From Trichoplax adhaerens (taxonomy: Eukaryota; Animalia; Placozoa), in NCBI RefSeq assembly GCF_000150275.1, contig NW_002060962.1, positions 1,109,205 to 1,173,204 of the forward strand: a stretch of 64,000 bases of DNA. The letters run 5' to 3'. This document shows, in pieces, positions 1-12,434 of this stretch; position 1 is the first letter of the stretch; each line of letters starts with the position of its first letter. Position numbers and translations under genes: made by a program. The notes beneath the pieces were generated by a model. That model was not told where the DNA came from. It searched no databases and saw only the letters and a list, made by a program, of their open reading frames with translations.

Positions 1-2184
1 TTACCAGGTATTCCAAGGAGTAAGCCAATTGCCACATATATCGGATAACTAATTGCTGTTCCTAAGAATGTCAGACCAATAATAGCAACGCTTAAAGCAG
101 AGGTCAGGTTAAGTGTATCCCAAGGCATTAAATCCCAGTTTATTGATTCAAATTCAGTAGCTGTAAAAATTAGTACAAATATCCACCCAGATAGCATAAC
201 TGTCAAACTAACAGCGGTGAGTAATAGTAATGTCTTGCTTATACTAGCGTCAGGGAGTACTTTTTTCAGATACACCTATGCAAATTTAAAAAGTAAATAC
301 AGGTAGAATTGATATATTAGCTTCGGTTTGAGATAGATTTAATGCTTTTATACTGCAAAGCATTTTATTTAGTTAGATCGACTCGCGAGGTTTTTTTCAA
401 TAGACTAAATACTGCATATGATGCCAGTTTCTGCGTACTACCAAGAACTACGGTACCATTTACGTTACTCGCACAAATAAGAGCCGGTATAAACAGATAT
501 AGAGAATTAATACCGACATCAGCTTCCTTGCTAAAAGTATTCAACTTTGATATTGCATGACTAAAACGCTTGATGCCTAAAAGGAGTGTTTTTAATTAAA
601 GGATTACCCTGTACAAGGCCGACATTAGTGCTGATATCAACGTGATGACAATTCCTAACTCGTTGGAACCATTCTGCTTATATGAACCAGCATAAAATAG
701 TACGCCCCCAATTGCTATAAAAATAGCCATAGTCTGTTGATGATAAAAATAGAAATAGCGGTATTGCTGATCAGTTTAACGGTATCAAATTGAGAATTAT
801 AGGTAAAATAATTTGCAGAGTAGTAACTATAGTTTTAAATAAATGTTTGAAGTATTACCCGTATTAGTATCACAGGTTCTCGTAGCCAGGATACCGATAG
901 AATATAGATCAGTGCGATATTTACACTTAAAATAGTTACGTAGTCAGTCAGCGAAACCATTTTGACAGCGTAGAAGAAAAAGCCATAAGTGCCAGTCAAA
1001 AAAATTGTTACTGGAATTATCTTGAAAATGAACCCTTTTAAGTATTGACCCTGATACTGTAAAACAACTGAATCTTCCCTATATCCAATATAATTTAACA
1101 ATTATTATGAATTTAGGGAGTAATATTTACAAAACATCTATATCCAAAGCAATAAATGATACTTTAATACTCACTTCCACATATCTTTTAATGATTTCCC
1201 AAATAACATGCCAATCGGACAGTAGATCGGATAACATATGATTGTCCATGATCTCGAATACCTGTTATACGAATGAGATAACAAAATCGATAGCATCAGT
1301 AAACCATAATTTTATGTGTTTGTCTTTTAAACTTACCAAGTTGCGAATGCAATAGCAGTAAAATTTCCTGATGTTAGATCGCGTACAAATTGACCTTCTA
1401 GCACAACAGAGACTGCTAATAATAGTACTGCGAATAAACCAGTTGAAGATTTGATAGAATAGTGACTGCAACGTCGCCTACAAGTTTCATTTTCTAATTT
1501 AATTTATTAAAAAATATTATACCTCTTTAGTGAATGTGGATATTATAGTTAACCGTAAGATCTAGATCGTTATAACAGTATAGCATTTACAGCAAGCAAT
1601 GATATTAAATATAATCATTACATAAGAATTTTAAAAATTGTATACCGTAATTCGTTAGAACGCATATATTATAATAATCGATAACAAACAATGTTATCCT
1701 CTAACATTGCTGTTTTCCTGCACTTTGCAAAGAAATTATCTTCAACCAACATTACGTTCGCAGGTTACAAGTTGTACGAAAAGACGAAATAACTAATCAA
1801 TTGACTTGATAATACAGCTGAACTGATTTTAGCTATGATAGTTATGAGAAAGGTGGTAGGTTAATGTAACTGTACTAAGATTGAATTTATTCTAATTAAG
1901 AAAGACTTCTAACAACTGTACTTTGCTGACTTTAAGCATCGAAACTGAAATTGCATTTGTTATATAGGTATTACAACAATAATTATAAGCTGACCATACG
2001 GTTAAAAGTCATGCAAATCTTTAGGACTATGCGCTATGCAGGTTAGAGTGAATAAATCATTATTCATTTATTTATTTGAATAGAAACGTGATTCGCATAA
2101 TTTTAATCTAAAGACATCAACTTCTTGAAGTCATGACCACAAACCTGTCTCGGATATCTCAGTTTGATTTTCGTATTCTCTCAT
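1..2184 (-). CDS. SLC35F3/F4-like (EamA/DMT superfamily) transporter, paralog 1; 3' end beyond the window start
   Basis: Phase-consistent GT-AG exons 2184-2145 (MREYENQTEISET), 1493-1337, 1261-1175, 1078-859 (…LIYILSVSWLREPV), 733-608 and 275-1 (…LGTAISYPIYVAIGLLLGIPG). Exon structure is identical to paralogs 2 and 3. The C-terminal half resembles recalled SLC35F3/F4 sequence (GIAVTYPTLMSLGIVLSIPVNAVID). Confidence 0.8.
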
Positions 2185-3677
2185 GGTTACTTTATAGAGG
2201 ACTATAGTTATCGATAAATAAGAATGAAATAGTCACTGTGAATGATTTTGATTTGTAGCAAAGCCCTTGATCCGCATCCGAACTTTATTAAGTCACAAAA
2301 ATTTGATGTTATATAGGTAGAAGTTAGCCTTTATAATATTCAATCATATAGGCAGAGCTTTGTTTACTTATTTTATTTCTCAAAACCTTGTTCGCATGTA
2401 AAGATCTTTAAGGTATCAAATGCTCATATTTATCATTGAGGATTATATTATCAACGGAATGATTGATCTTAGTATCTTATGATGCATTAAATATATATAA
2501 TCTATCTATTCGACCTTGTATTAAATGCTATGCGAAATGCAACAATCAACTGCTCCAATTGTTGAGAAATTTTTATTAAATCGCGATCTACATAAATTGT
2601 ATTTCTTCTTATCTATTTGGTCTAACGGGAATGCTAGCAATATTCAAGGTGGCAATCGTTTAGTTGAATGTTTTGTAGCTCTCATTGAGAGAAATGAATT
2701 GCTGCTGTTACACTACTGAAATGTTCCCTCTTCTCAGAGATTAATTGGAGGCTACAATCAAGAATAATGGCTTCATTCAAAAGTACAGTACAGTTTGGTT
2801 TAATAACATTGGCATAGTTCTAGATACGATGAAAGGATAATGGCAACAAGATCAACTTTGTCACGGAAAGAAATCGTCCGTATTACGTGTTACCGTAGCC
2901 TCGTCTATAGGTAGACGTCAGGAAGAAGGAACCTGACAGTTGGTTTATAGTATTCATTTTCTGCAGTAGTTTTCAATTTCCTGGTTACAAATTTCCATTT
3001 GTAACAGGAACATTTATCATTTTGATATCACCTGTAGCTACACTATCGTTACATACTCTAGAGGCAGAGAAACATAATACTATATCATGAAGAAGTAGGA
3101 CAGAGGATTAACGATGCTGTACTCTCAGTAACTGGGGTCTGAATTTCAGTATAATTAATACTGTATTTTTCATTCCATGAAGGGGACAAAATCCCTGTTA
3201 GTGTACAGCATAAGTATATCACAATCCATAGAAAGTTTTATCCTTACACTGGATGGGAACGTATTCAATTTGGTAGGAATGCTTTCGATAGCCTAAAAAA
3301 TAAAATGCAAGATCGATTTTTGCTTGATATTAATTTATCTCTACATTATTTTTCAAAGGAAAATTGTTATTTCAATATTATCCGATTTACTGATATTGTT
3401 GTTATGACCAAGCAACGCAAACAACTTATTTCCAGTCAGGTCTCTGTCGATGAAACAAGTCAATAATATTAACTCTTGCTGGTCTTGCTACAGTTTATAG
3501 CTATAATTTAGGATAGCGCTTGAACACGTCAGCTTTTAACCTCGAGAGGTCCAGTTTCCTACTCGATAAAGCGAAAGAAGGATAGTAAACTCAACGTTTC
3601 TCTGTCTCCTTTATTGGCCTCCAGGTAAACTAATTAAGTCGCCAACATAGCACTTTGACCTATTTTCAAGTTTAGAA

Positions 3678-3715
3678 TTAAGCATGCGCTAAAAAAAAAC
3701 CGGATTAATTGGAAC
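3678..3715. promoter_or_regulatory. Conserved upstream element of SLC35F paralog 1 (TAAGCATGCGC…AAACCGGATTAATTGGAA), NRF1-like GCATGCGC core
   Basis: The same motif recurs 1.5-1.7 kb upstream of the ATG of paralogs 2 and 3 while the flanks diverge. Confidence 0.55.
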
Positions 3716-4294
3716 AATTAGCCGCTTGCAGTGTTTTCTCCGGGCTTATTGTATGATAAGTGTTTGAAGGTAACTGGTCAAGGCCAGCCATTATTTTTGC
3801 TTTAGTTTACGAGCAGAACTATTTATACTTGTTTTTACTGTACGCTGTAGGCGTAGAGTACTAAACGGCGATGATGATTGCGCAATTTCCTCGAAGATTG
3901 ACGCAATCAAGTGTTTTATACTGTAAGTATTACTGAACAGTGTACGTATTCAGTATGGATTGTATCCAACAAAACTTCGAAAACTTTTCCTTATTCCTTT
4001 CCTTCACTGACAATTTAGCTATTGAACACATGATGGTTATTGGAGGACATTGCACGCATGTACAAGCCATTATTAGTTCAATGGATGTTATTTCCTGGAT
4101 CGTACAAGCACACGGACAACAAATTTACCTAAAGTTAAAATGATTTCAGAATCTGTTTTCAATCAAGTTTGGAGATGGTGTACAGTGTACAGTACTGTAG
4201 TACAGTATGCATGTCCAATGAGCACTGTACTGTACACTGTAAATTCAAGTTTTCTTATCCCATCAATTGATGTAAATAAACAATGCAATGAATG

Positions 4295-5385
4295 ATAGGA
4301 AAATACGACTGCCTATTGGCTAATACCATAATGCATTGAGATGCTACAGAATTTTGATTTACTAGCTTGAAGATGGCTAGTGCAGCACTACGAGCACTAC
4401 CATATTAACAATCGTATCTGTTGATGAATAACATGCTGTATATTATACAGTCAAACGGACGATGGGAAAATACTGCTGGCTAATACCATAATGCGTTGAG
4501 ATGCTACAGAATTTTGATTTGCTAGCTTGAAGATGGTTGCATAAGAACTACAGTATAGTGCAGCACTGCGAGTACTACCGAATCAACAATCGTATCTGTT
4601 GATGAATAACATGCTGTATATTATACAGTCAAACGGACGATGGGAAAATACTGCTGGCTAATACCATAATGCGTTGAGATGCTACAGAATTTTGATTTGC
4701 TAGCTTGAAGATGGTTGCATAAGAACTACAGTATAGTGCAGCACTGCGAGTACTACCATATTAACAATCGTATCTGTTGATGAATAACATGCTGTATATT
4801 ATACAGTCAAACGGACGATGGGAAAATACTGCTGGCTAATACCATAATGCGTTGAGATGCTACAGAATTTTGATTTGCTAGCTTGAAGATGGTTGCATAA
4901 GAACTACAGTATAGTGCAGCACTGCGAGTACTACCATATTAACAATCGTATCTGTTGATGAATAACATGCTGTACTGTATATTATACAGTCAAACGGACG
5001 ATGGGAAAATACTGCTGGCTAATACCATAATGCGTTGAGATGCGACAGAATTTTGATTTGCTAGCTTGAAGATGGTTGCATAAGAACTACAGTATAGTGC
5101 AGCACTGCGAGTACTACCGAATCAACAATCGTATCTGTTGATGAATAACATGCTGTATATTATACAGTCAAACGGACGATGGGAAAATACTGCTGGCTAA
5201 TACCATAATGCATTGAGATGCTACAGAATTTTGATTTGCTAGCTTGAAGATGGCTGCATAAGAACTACAGTATTGTGCAGCACTACGAGCATTACCATAT
5301 TAACAATCGTATCTATTGATAAATAGCATGCTGTATATTATACAGTCAAACGGACGATGGGAAAATACAGCTGGCTAATATAGAT
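4295..5385. repeat. Tandem array of about 6 copies of a 178-bp unit, with a degenerate extension to ~5515
   Basis: The anchor ATGC(T/G)ACAGAATTTTGATTT occurs at 4341, 4501, 4679, 4857, 5040 and 5218, giving periods of 160, 178, 178, 183 and 178. Confidence 0.95.
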
Positions 5386-6787
5386 TATCTTTTAATTGAC
5401 TAGCATCTTGATGGCTATATGAACTACAACGCAGTGATACGAATACTACCGCTTGAATAATAGCATCACTTGATGGAAATAATGAAATAGATGATTCGAA
5501 ATACGACTGACTAATATTTTAAATTGTCACCAACAGTACAGCTAAAGCACTACATATAGTACGTTACGACAAGCATTACCCGCTTTAAGCTGCTTGTTTT
5601 TCAACACTACTTCAACTTATTACTACCACAACTTGACATTCAAAATGATTAAGGTATAGTAGAGGAACAAGGAGCAAGTACGGGTGCATACAATACAGTA
5701 TTGTATAGTACGCCAAGTAAAATGAAAGAAAGAAGAACTTAAAACGATCGTCGTCGACTATACTAATAATGTGCTGACCGATTCTATTGCCTATCATTTC
5801 AACTGGATTGAGTACAATAAAAGTTATCCCATCGCCCACCCTTGAAAAAAAAACGGCAATCTATTATCACTGGTCAAATTGTGGTCGGAAAAGCTCCTTA
5901 CTTCTTACATTACTACAAACAACCTCAACAAATTGCAAAGTAAACAGTGCAATGACTCCGAGCGAGTGTTCGAACGTAACACCAGTATCACTTAGGTGCA
6001 AGATTTCAGGCCAACCTATTTGGCTGATTCTGGAGAATAGCCTGCGGACTATATCACAGTTTATTCCCATGCAATTACATAGCTTCACCAGGCTTCAAAA
6101 ACTGACTTCTTGAAAATTTTACGCGTGAATTTCTTTATTGATTTATATCGTTACCCATTGTAGGAGAAATTCTCGATAAATCAGCAGCGACTGTAGTCTT
6201 TTAGTATCACAAACAAGGTACAGTATTATTATAATTAATTAATTAATATACAGTACATGTATAATGGCCAGTACTCTCGATTATGATCGAACAACATGTA
6301 GTACTATACTGTACTGTACTATGCTTAATCACTGTAATAGACGTTAGCAATAAGGATACTTTTCTCCATAAAATTCTCCGCGTATGGAAATACACTATTC
6401 GAAAGGGAAATGATATTATTATATGACTTGACAATCTGCAAATGTGCATACAACAAGTTAGGAGTAGTAACAGCTTTTAAGCTTGCAATCATAGTACTGT
6501 CCTATTTACAAGTTGAAGAGCTCTCTAACTAATTTAACATGCCCAAGATCAATGAAGGAAATCAGCATAAAAGTACAGTAGTTACTTAAAAATCAATTTT
6601 TAAACCTGCTAATTATTCTACTGCTAGTTAGACAAGAATACAGGCAGTGATATTTTACATATACTATTAAAGTAGCCATCTGAGTGTGAACCGTTCCATG
6701 CTTCTTTAACCATCATTTTCGTATTATTTTATCCAACATTTTTACCGTTATAGGATTCTTGATAACTGCTAATTCGTTTAAATGAAC

Positions 6788-9268
6788 TTAGATATGAGTA
6801 TCGGAAAAGCCAGTATTATAATTAGAGTCGATGAAAAAATAACTGGATGATGTAGAAATGGTGTTATTGCAGCTTTCTGATTTTGAAGTTGATAAGGCAT
6901 CGCTTTGACCACATTTCGTCGTAAATTTCATACAAAAAGTCGTAATTCGCTTCGAGATGATAACTGCTTTATCTTCCGGAATTAATAAAATTAGAAAACT
7001 AAAGCTAATAAGAACTGATCCAACAATTTTTAAGTAGTCAAATACAATCTGATGAATTGCAATATCCACTATTGCATTTCCAGGTATACCAAGCAGTAGG
7101 CCAATTGCTACATATACAGGATAACTAATTGCTGTTCCTAAAAATGTTAGAGAATGTATTGCTGCACCAAATGCAGCGGTCAGATTGAGTGTATCCCAAG
7201 GCATCATGCCCCAGTTTATTGCCTCAAATCCAATAGCTGCAAAAATCAATACAAATATCCACCCAGATAGCATGATTGTCAAACTAACAACGGTGAGTAC
7301 TAGTAAAGTCTTGCCTAGACAAGCGTCAGGAAGTACTTTTTTCAAATATACCTAATCAGATTGAAAGGAAATTCGAATCAGCAATGGGCACTAGTTCTAG
7401 TTTTACAAACAGCTTTAATGTCCACATACTACTGCTAATTGTTCTGATATAGTATTTAATATATCAAGTATCGTATACGATCATTTTGCTCTAAAAATAA
7501 ATTATATTACACTCGTATGCACAACAATTTGCTTTGGCTATCACGCTGAGACCAGTAAATCGCTGGAATAAATAGGTATATATATATTTAGAGCTTATTT
7601 CCTATTATCAGTACTATCGCTATTGGGACATGATCTGAGAGAAAGATATGAATCAATGACCGAAAGGGTTATCCTAAAAATATTACCCTATAGAAGGCTG
7701 ATAATATTGCCGACATGAGCGACATGATAATTCCTATAGTATTAGAGCCATTCTGTTTATAGGAGACTGCATAGAATAGTATACCAGCGACTGCTAGAAA
7801 AACAGCGATTGTCTAAGATAGCAAAATCGAAATATCGACATACGTATATTGGTTAGTTAAAAATGACAAAATTGAGATATCGTTTTAATAACTATTTCGA
7901 GGGATAAAAAAAAGAAATTATGGATAATGCTCGTATTTTAATGAATGTAGTAAAATTTCACCCGTATTAGTATCCAAGGTTCTCGCAGCCAATATACTGA
8001 TAGAATATATATCAGCGCAACATTCACGCTAAGAATAGTTACATAATCTGTTAGAGACACTGATTTGATAGCATAGAAGAAAAAGCAGTATGTCGTAGTT
8101 AAGAAAATTGCCACTGGAACAATCTTGATTATAAATCCTTTTAGGAATCTGCCATGATACTGTAGAATGACGGAATCTTCCCTTTATCAAATATAATTCA
8201 ACAAATGGAGCTAAGGTTAGAAATACTGAACGAGTTCGGCAAGAGTGTTTATGAAACAGAAAATATTCTAATAAGCCAAATATGGCATTTTAACTCACTT
8301 CCACATTTCTTTCAATGATTTTCCGAAAATCATAGCAACCGAACAGTAAATTGGATAACATATAATAGTCCATGATCTTGCGTACCTATTTTACAAGCAC
8401 GGCGATAATGTAGATAGTATCGGTGAACTACAGTAGAAATCAAACAGAATTATTCTCTAAATTTACCAGGTTGCGAATGTGATAGCAGTAAAATTTCCTG
8501 ATGTTAGACTACGGCCAAATTGAGCTTCTAGTACAGCTACGACTGCTAGCGCTAGCACGACGATTAAACCAGTCGAGGATTTGATACGGTAGAGACTGCA
8601 ACGTTGTCTACAAGTTTCATCTTCTAATGAAATTCGATTACAAGGTGATAACGTTTTTAGTGCGTTTGGACATAATAAACAGTAAGAGGTAATTGAACTA
8701 TCTGTTATCCAAAATAAAATTAATTGCACACAGCTATATAATGAAATTGTTAGAATGTGAAAGCTCACTTTATGTTTTGAAGAATAGAAATGAAAAAGTG
8801 ATTAGATTTAGTGAGAGTATCGTATAAACTATATTGCTTAAATTTGAAAACTGCGACTATAGATGTTGCACAGGTACAGCGTTCAGTAATCTTCTTACTG
8901 AAATGTTAAAACCTGTGCAAAATCAATTTGGAGGTCATCCTATTGGGTCTCTGAACGAAATTAAATAGATAATTTGTAATTTAAATACTACCGTTGAACT
9001 GACTTGTGATGCATAGAATTGTGAATTATTTTCTACTGTTCAAACTAAACTTGGCATTCTGATATTAATGGTTATAATACTAGTTATCATTATGATAATA
9101 GGCATGCCAATTATGAAGAGCGTTGTGCATTGGATTGAAAGAATCAGTTAAGCATTTGTTAATGTAGAAGTTGATCTGCATGAAATTAATCTTAAGAAAT
9201 TAGCACTTTAATGTATTTGGTCACAAACCTATGTTGGATATCTCAGTTTGATTTTCATGGTCTCTCAT
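6788..9268 (-). CDS. SLC35F3/F4-like transporter, paralog 2
   Basis: Exons ~9268-9229 (MRDHENQTEISNI), ~8623-8467, ~8385-8299, ~8181-7962, ~7812-7687 and ~7351-6788 (ORF track 6788-7345, ending …GFSDTHI*). The exons translated are open, with canonical splice sites. Confidence 0.85.
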
Positions 9269-10752
9269 GTCTATTTTATTGATTACTATAGTTATTGATA
9301 AAATAAGAATGAAACAGTAATTTTGGATGATTTTCGTAACAGGATTTGGATCATAACTATCTCAGGTGTAAAGATGCAGCAATTGAAGTTTGCATGGTCC
9401 CTGTTAGATATCGTAACGCAGATTTTGCTTATAGTCATTATTTTATCGCGGCCTTTATAGAAGATGTCATGGATATCAGCAATCGGGCTATAGTTTTCAA
9501 GAGTGGTCAAACTAATTTTGACGCAATCATAGTCTCACTAATCATACTCTTGGACCCATTAATTCTTAATTTTTCGACACTACTTTACAACCGTTGTTAC
9601 GGTTGCTTTATAAAATATCGGCCATCCAGGGAAATAACGAACGAATCGAGAACGCTACAATCATTGTGTTTTATGGCCAATGACTCTATTTGTCTAACCG
9701 ATATATTAATACTCAAAATATGGGTACATCGGTTTACGAATAGCAGTTCTAGACGCAAGAACATCATCACTGCTATTCGTTTCTCGATATTTCTAGCATG
9801 CACCGCAGCATCAGAGTATTAAGATGAACGGATTGAAATTTTGTTAGTCTTAATTCCATTAACAATTGGTGGACTCTGTCAATATATTCTCGAGCTTAAT
9901 ACGGTACATTACTATGATTAAAGTGGAGAAATTTCTCTATATTGTACTATTTGTTAAAATCTGCCTATCAAAGCAGTTCATTAAATTGCCAGTAGGTACT
10001 TTAATTTTCGGAACCCAACCCATGTAAACATTAGTCATCCAATCGATTGCTAGCGTTTTCGACTTTCAAGCCAAGGGTTAGCTGTGGGGTCCCTACAATA
10101 TGGAAAGACTTTTTTCACTTTGTTATTGTCTACTGTAGCCTTGCACAATTCCCCAAAGTAAGATATACGTAAGGACAATCAAGGGCATGTTAAAGGATGG
10201 AAATTGACTTCGGGACCAACATTATCCAGTCGAGCACTGCTAATTTACTACCTTACCCTCAAGTATATACTACAGTCATGATATGAATATATCCAGGCGA
10301 GCAGAGCTATTTTACTAAATTCAAGCATGCAGTACAGTAATGATATTAATATTTTTTCCAGTTTTTGCCGTTGGTCTGGTACTGCAGTAGATACGCAAAT
10401 GGTGTATCCTTACACTTGATAAGAGCCTGTCGAATTTTTTACCAATGTTACCAGAATCTTTGAAATGAAATTAAGAATCATTTTTACTTAAAACTAATTT
10501 GTTTATCACGCGATTGATGGAAAATTTATACCTGATATTGATCAATTATTGCCAGTGTTGTTCCGACCAGATGGATAAAGTCAAGGAAACCTTTCAGATA
10601 AGATACCTTGGCGCAATATAAGTAAACGAAAAGACAATACTTATTTCAAGCCTCCTTCATCACCGCACTTCGATATTACAATTCAAAATATCACCTTTTC
10701 GCTAAACTGATCCAAATAGGCGCTAATAAAAAAACTTACGACTGGATATAGC

Positions 10753-10800
10753 CCAGGAATGGAATTCGTTCTAGACCAAGAATGGAATCGTTCTAGCCCG
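10753..10800. repeat. Short (~23 bp) direct tandem duplication CCA(G/A)GAATGGAA(T)TCGTTCTAG
   Basis: Two adjacent near-identical copies are seen directly. Confidence 0.8.
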
Positions 10801-10832
10801 ATAGTTCATGCATACTCGTATATACAGTTTGA

Positions 10833-10891
10833 CATATATAATATATATATACTCATATATATGCGTACAATATATATATATATATATATAG
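10833..10891. repeat. Interrupted (AT)n microsatellite
   Basis: Runs of ATAT…, the longest at ~10870-10890. Confidence 0.9.
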
Positions 10892-10979
10892 TACAATAAA
10901 CACTCTATCAATTAACTTGAAAATAGGGACTCACTTTTCCATTGTCTCCTATTCTTGAAGCGAGAATGAAATTTAGGGT

Positions 10980-11015
10980 TTAAGCATGCGCTCGAAAACT
11001 GGCTAAACTGGAATG
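10980..11015. promoter_or_regulatory. Conserved upstream element of SLC35F paralog 2 (TAAGCATGCGCTCGAAAACTGGCTAAACTGGAA)
   Basis: Homologous to the elements at 3678 and 16450. Confidence 0.55.
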
Positions 11016-12434
11016 AGAAGACCAGTTTATTTTTTTATGGCCAGGGTCAATGTCGATTTACTTATTTAGAGGCAAGAGGTCAAATTGTCTATTATTTACT
11101 ATCAAAATTATTTAGCTTTGCTGATTGAATTATGGCGACGATGGTATTAATTAATATTGAAATAGATTTGACAGACTTGATTTTCTACCGGGTCCAAGAT
11201 AAACTGGTGTTGTGAAAGTGAAAAACAGGATTGTGTTCATGATCTTTTGTTCGTAATTCAATATGATTAGCCCTAGTTAATATCGTTCGTCGTAACGATA
11301 CAAGGCAAAAGAAATCCCTCGATGATTTCTATCACCATCATACTAAATTATATAATGTCATTCTTACTACTGTACAATCATGAAATCAGACACAATAATA
11401 AACTAATCGTAATTGCCTCGAGGGCATCTTCATCATGATACTGCTTTAGCTCACTAAAATACGATGATGAATTGAAAGTGAAGGTATAGTTAGCGCAGTG
11501 AAAACCACAATAGTCTTGTATGAAATAGTTTATTAGGGACTAGCAACAGCCAGATGGTTAAAATCGGCTAGTTTATTGCAAGTAGCCAAGCAGTGCCACC
11601 GAAAACTGTCATACTTTTATTGACCAATCCATTGACTTCTTAGTGTTTGTATATTATTTCTTAATATCAACAATATCAAAGCCGCAGTGAAATGAAAACA
11701 GGCCGATGAAACAATAGTTTTACAATGTTTAGTTTAATATACAGCTAAGGTTATGCTCTTCACTACCACTTATGAGCAGGAGATTGTATTGATGGAGATT
11801 ATGCTATCAGATAGACTAAGAGGAAGTAATTACGATGATCGATTAATCGGATGCACAACTTATTAGGGTTTTGAACTGGTATTGGATCTAAACGTTTATA
11901 GATAGCAAATCAGTCAAAATTAAAATTTGTCATTCACAGTTTAGTATCGCCGTGTCAAAGTGCAGAATATCTGCAACAGGATTTTGATTCAGAAAATCAA
12001 ATCATATTAATGTGATTGTACGTGTGCCCTGCTGTTATACACTATTATAATTACTAACTTAAAATAGTACTATATTCCGTACAATTTCTACGCATTTCGC
12101 TAGTAATAATTAATAAGGGAACTAAATCGCAAGTAATAATTAAGAACTTTAGTCGGAATACCTTAAGCAATCATAAGATCTAGATATTGACCGATCTACA
12201 CATGTAATAAGGCAAGATCGCATTAATAGCATGTAACATCGGCATCATTTGCCTTTTATGCCTGCTAATGTTATAGGAATGAAATACTCTGCAGTAGAGC
12301 AAAATAACAAGATAATATTTGTATGATTCAGAGTATATTTTTCGCTTGCACGAAACCTGCCATGCCATGATTATTCATTATCAAATTGTTTCCATCGAAT
12401 AAATTGCTTTAGCAAACAAATAACAGCCATTATC

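Noticed and set aside
4295-5385. CRISPR-like array or coding tandem repeat
   Set aside because: Whole units repeat with no unique spacers, the context is eukaryotic, and 178 is not a multiple of 3, with no ORF spanning the array.
9346-9822. 158-aa plus-strand ORF
   Set aside because: It is antisense within the 5' region of SLC35F paralog 2, has no recognisable motif and has no counterpart at the equivalent positions of paralogs 1 and 3.
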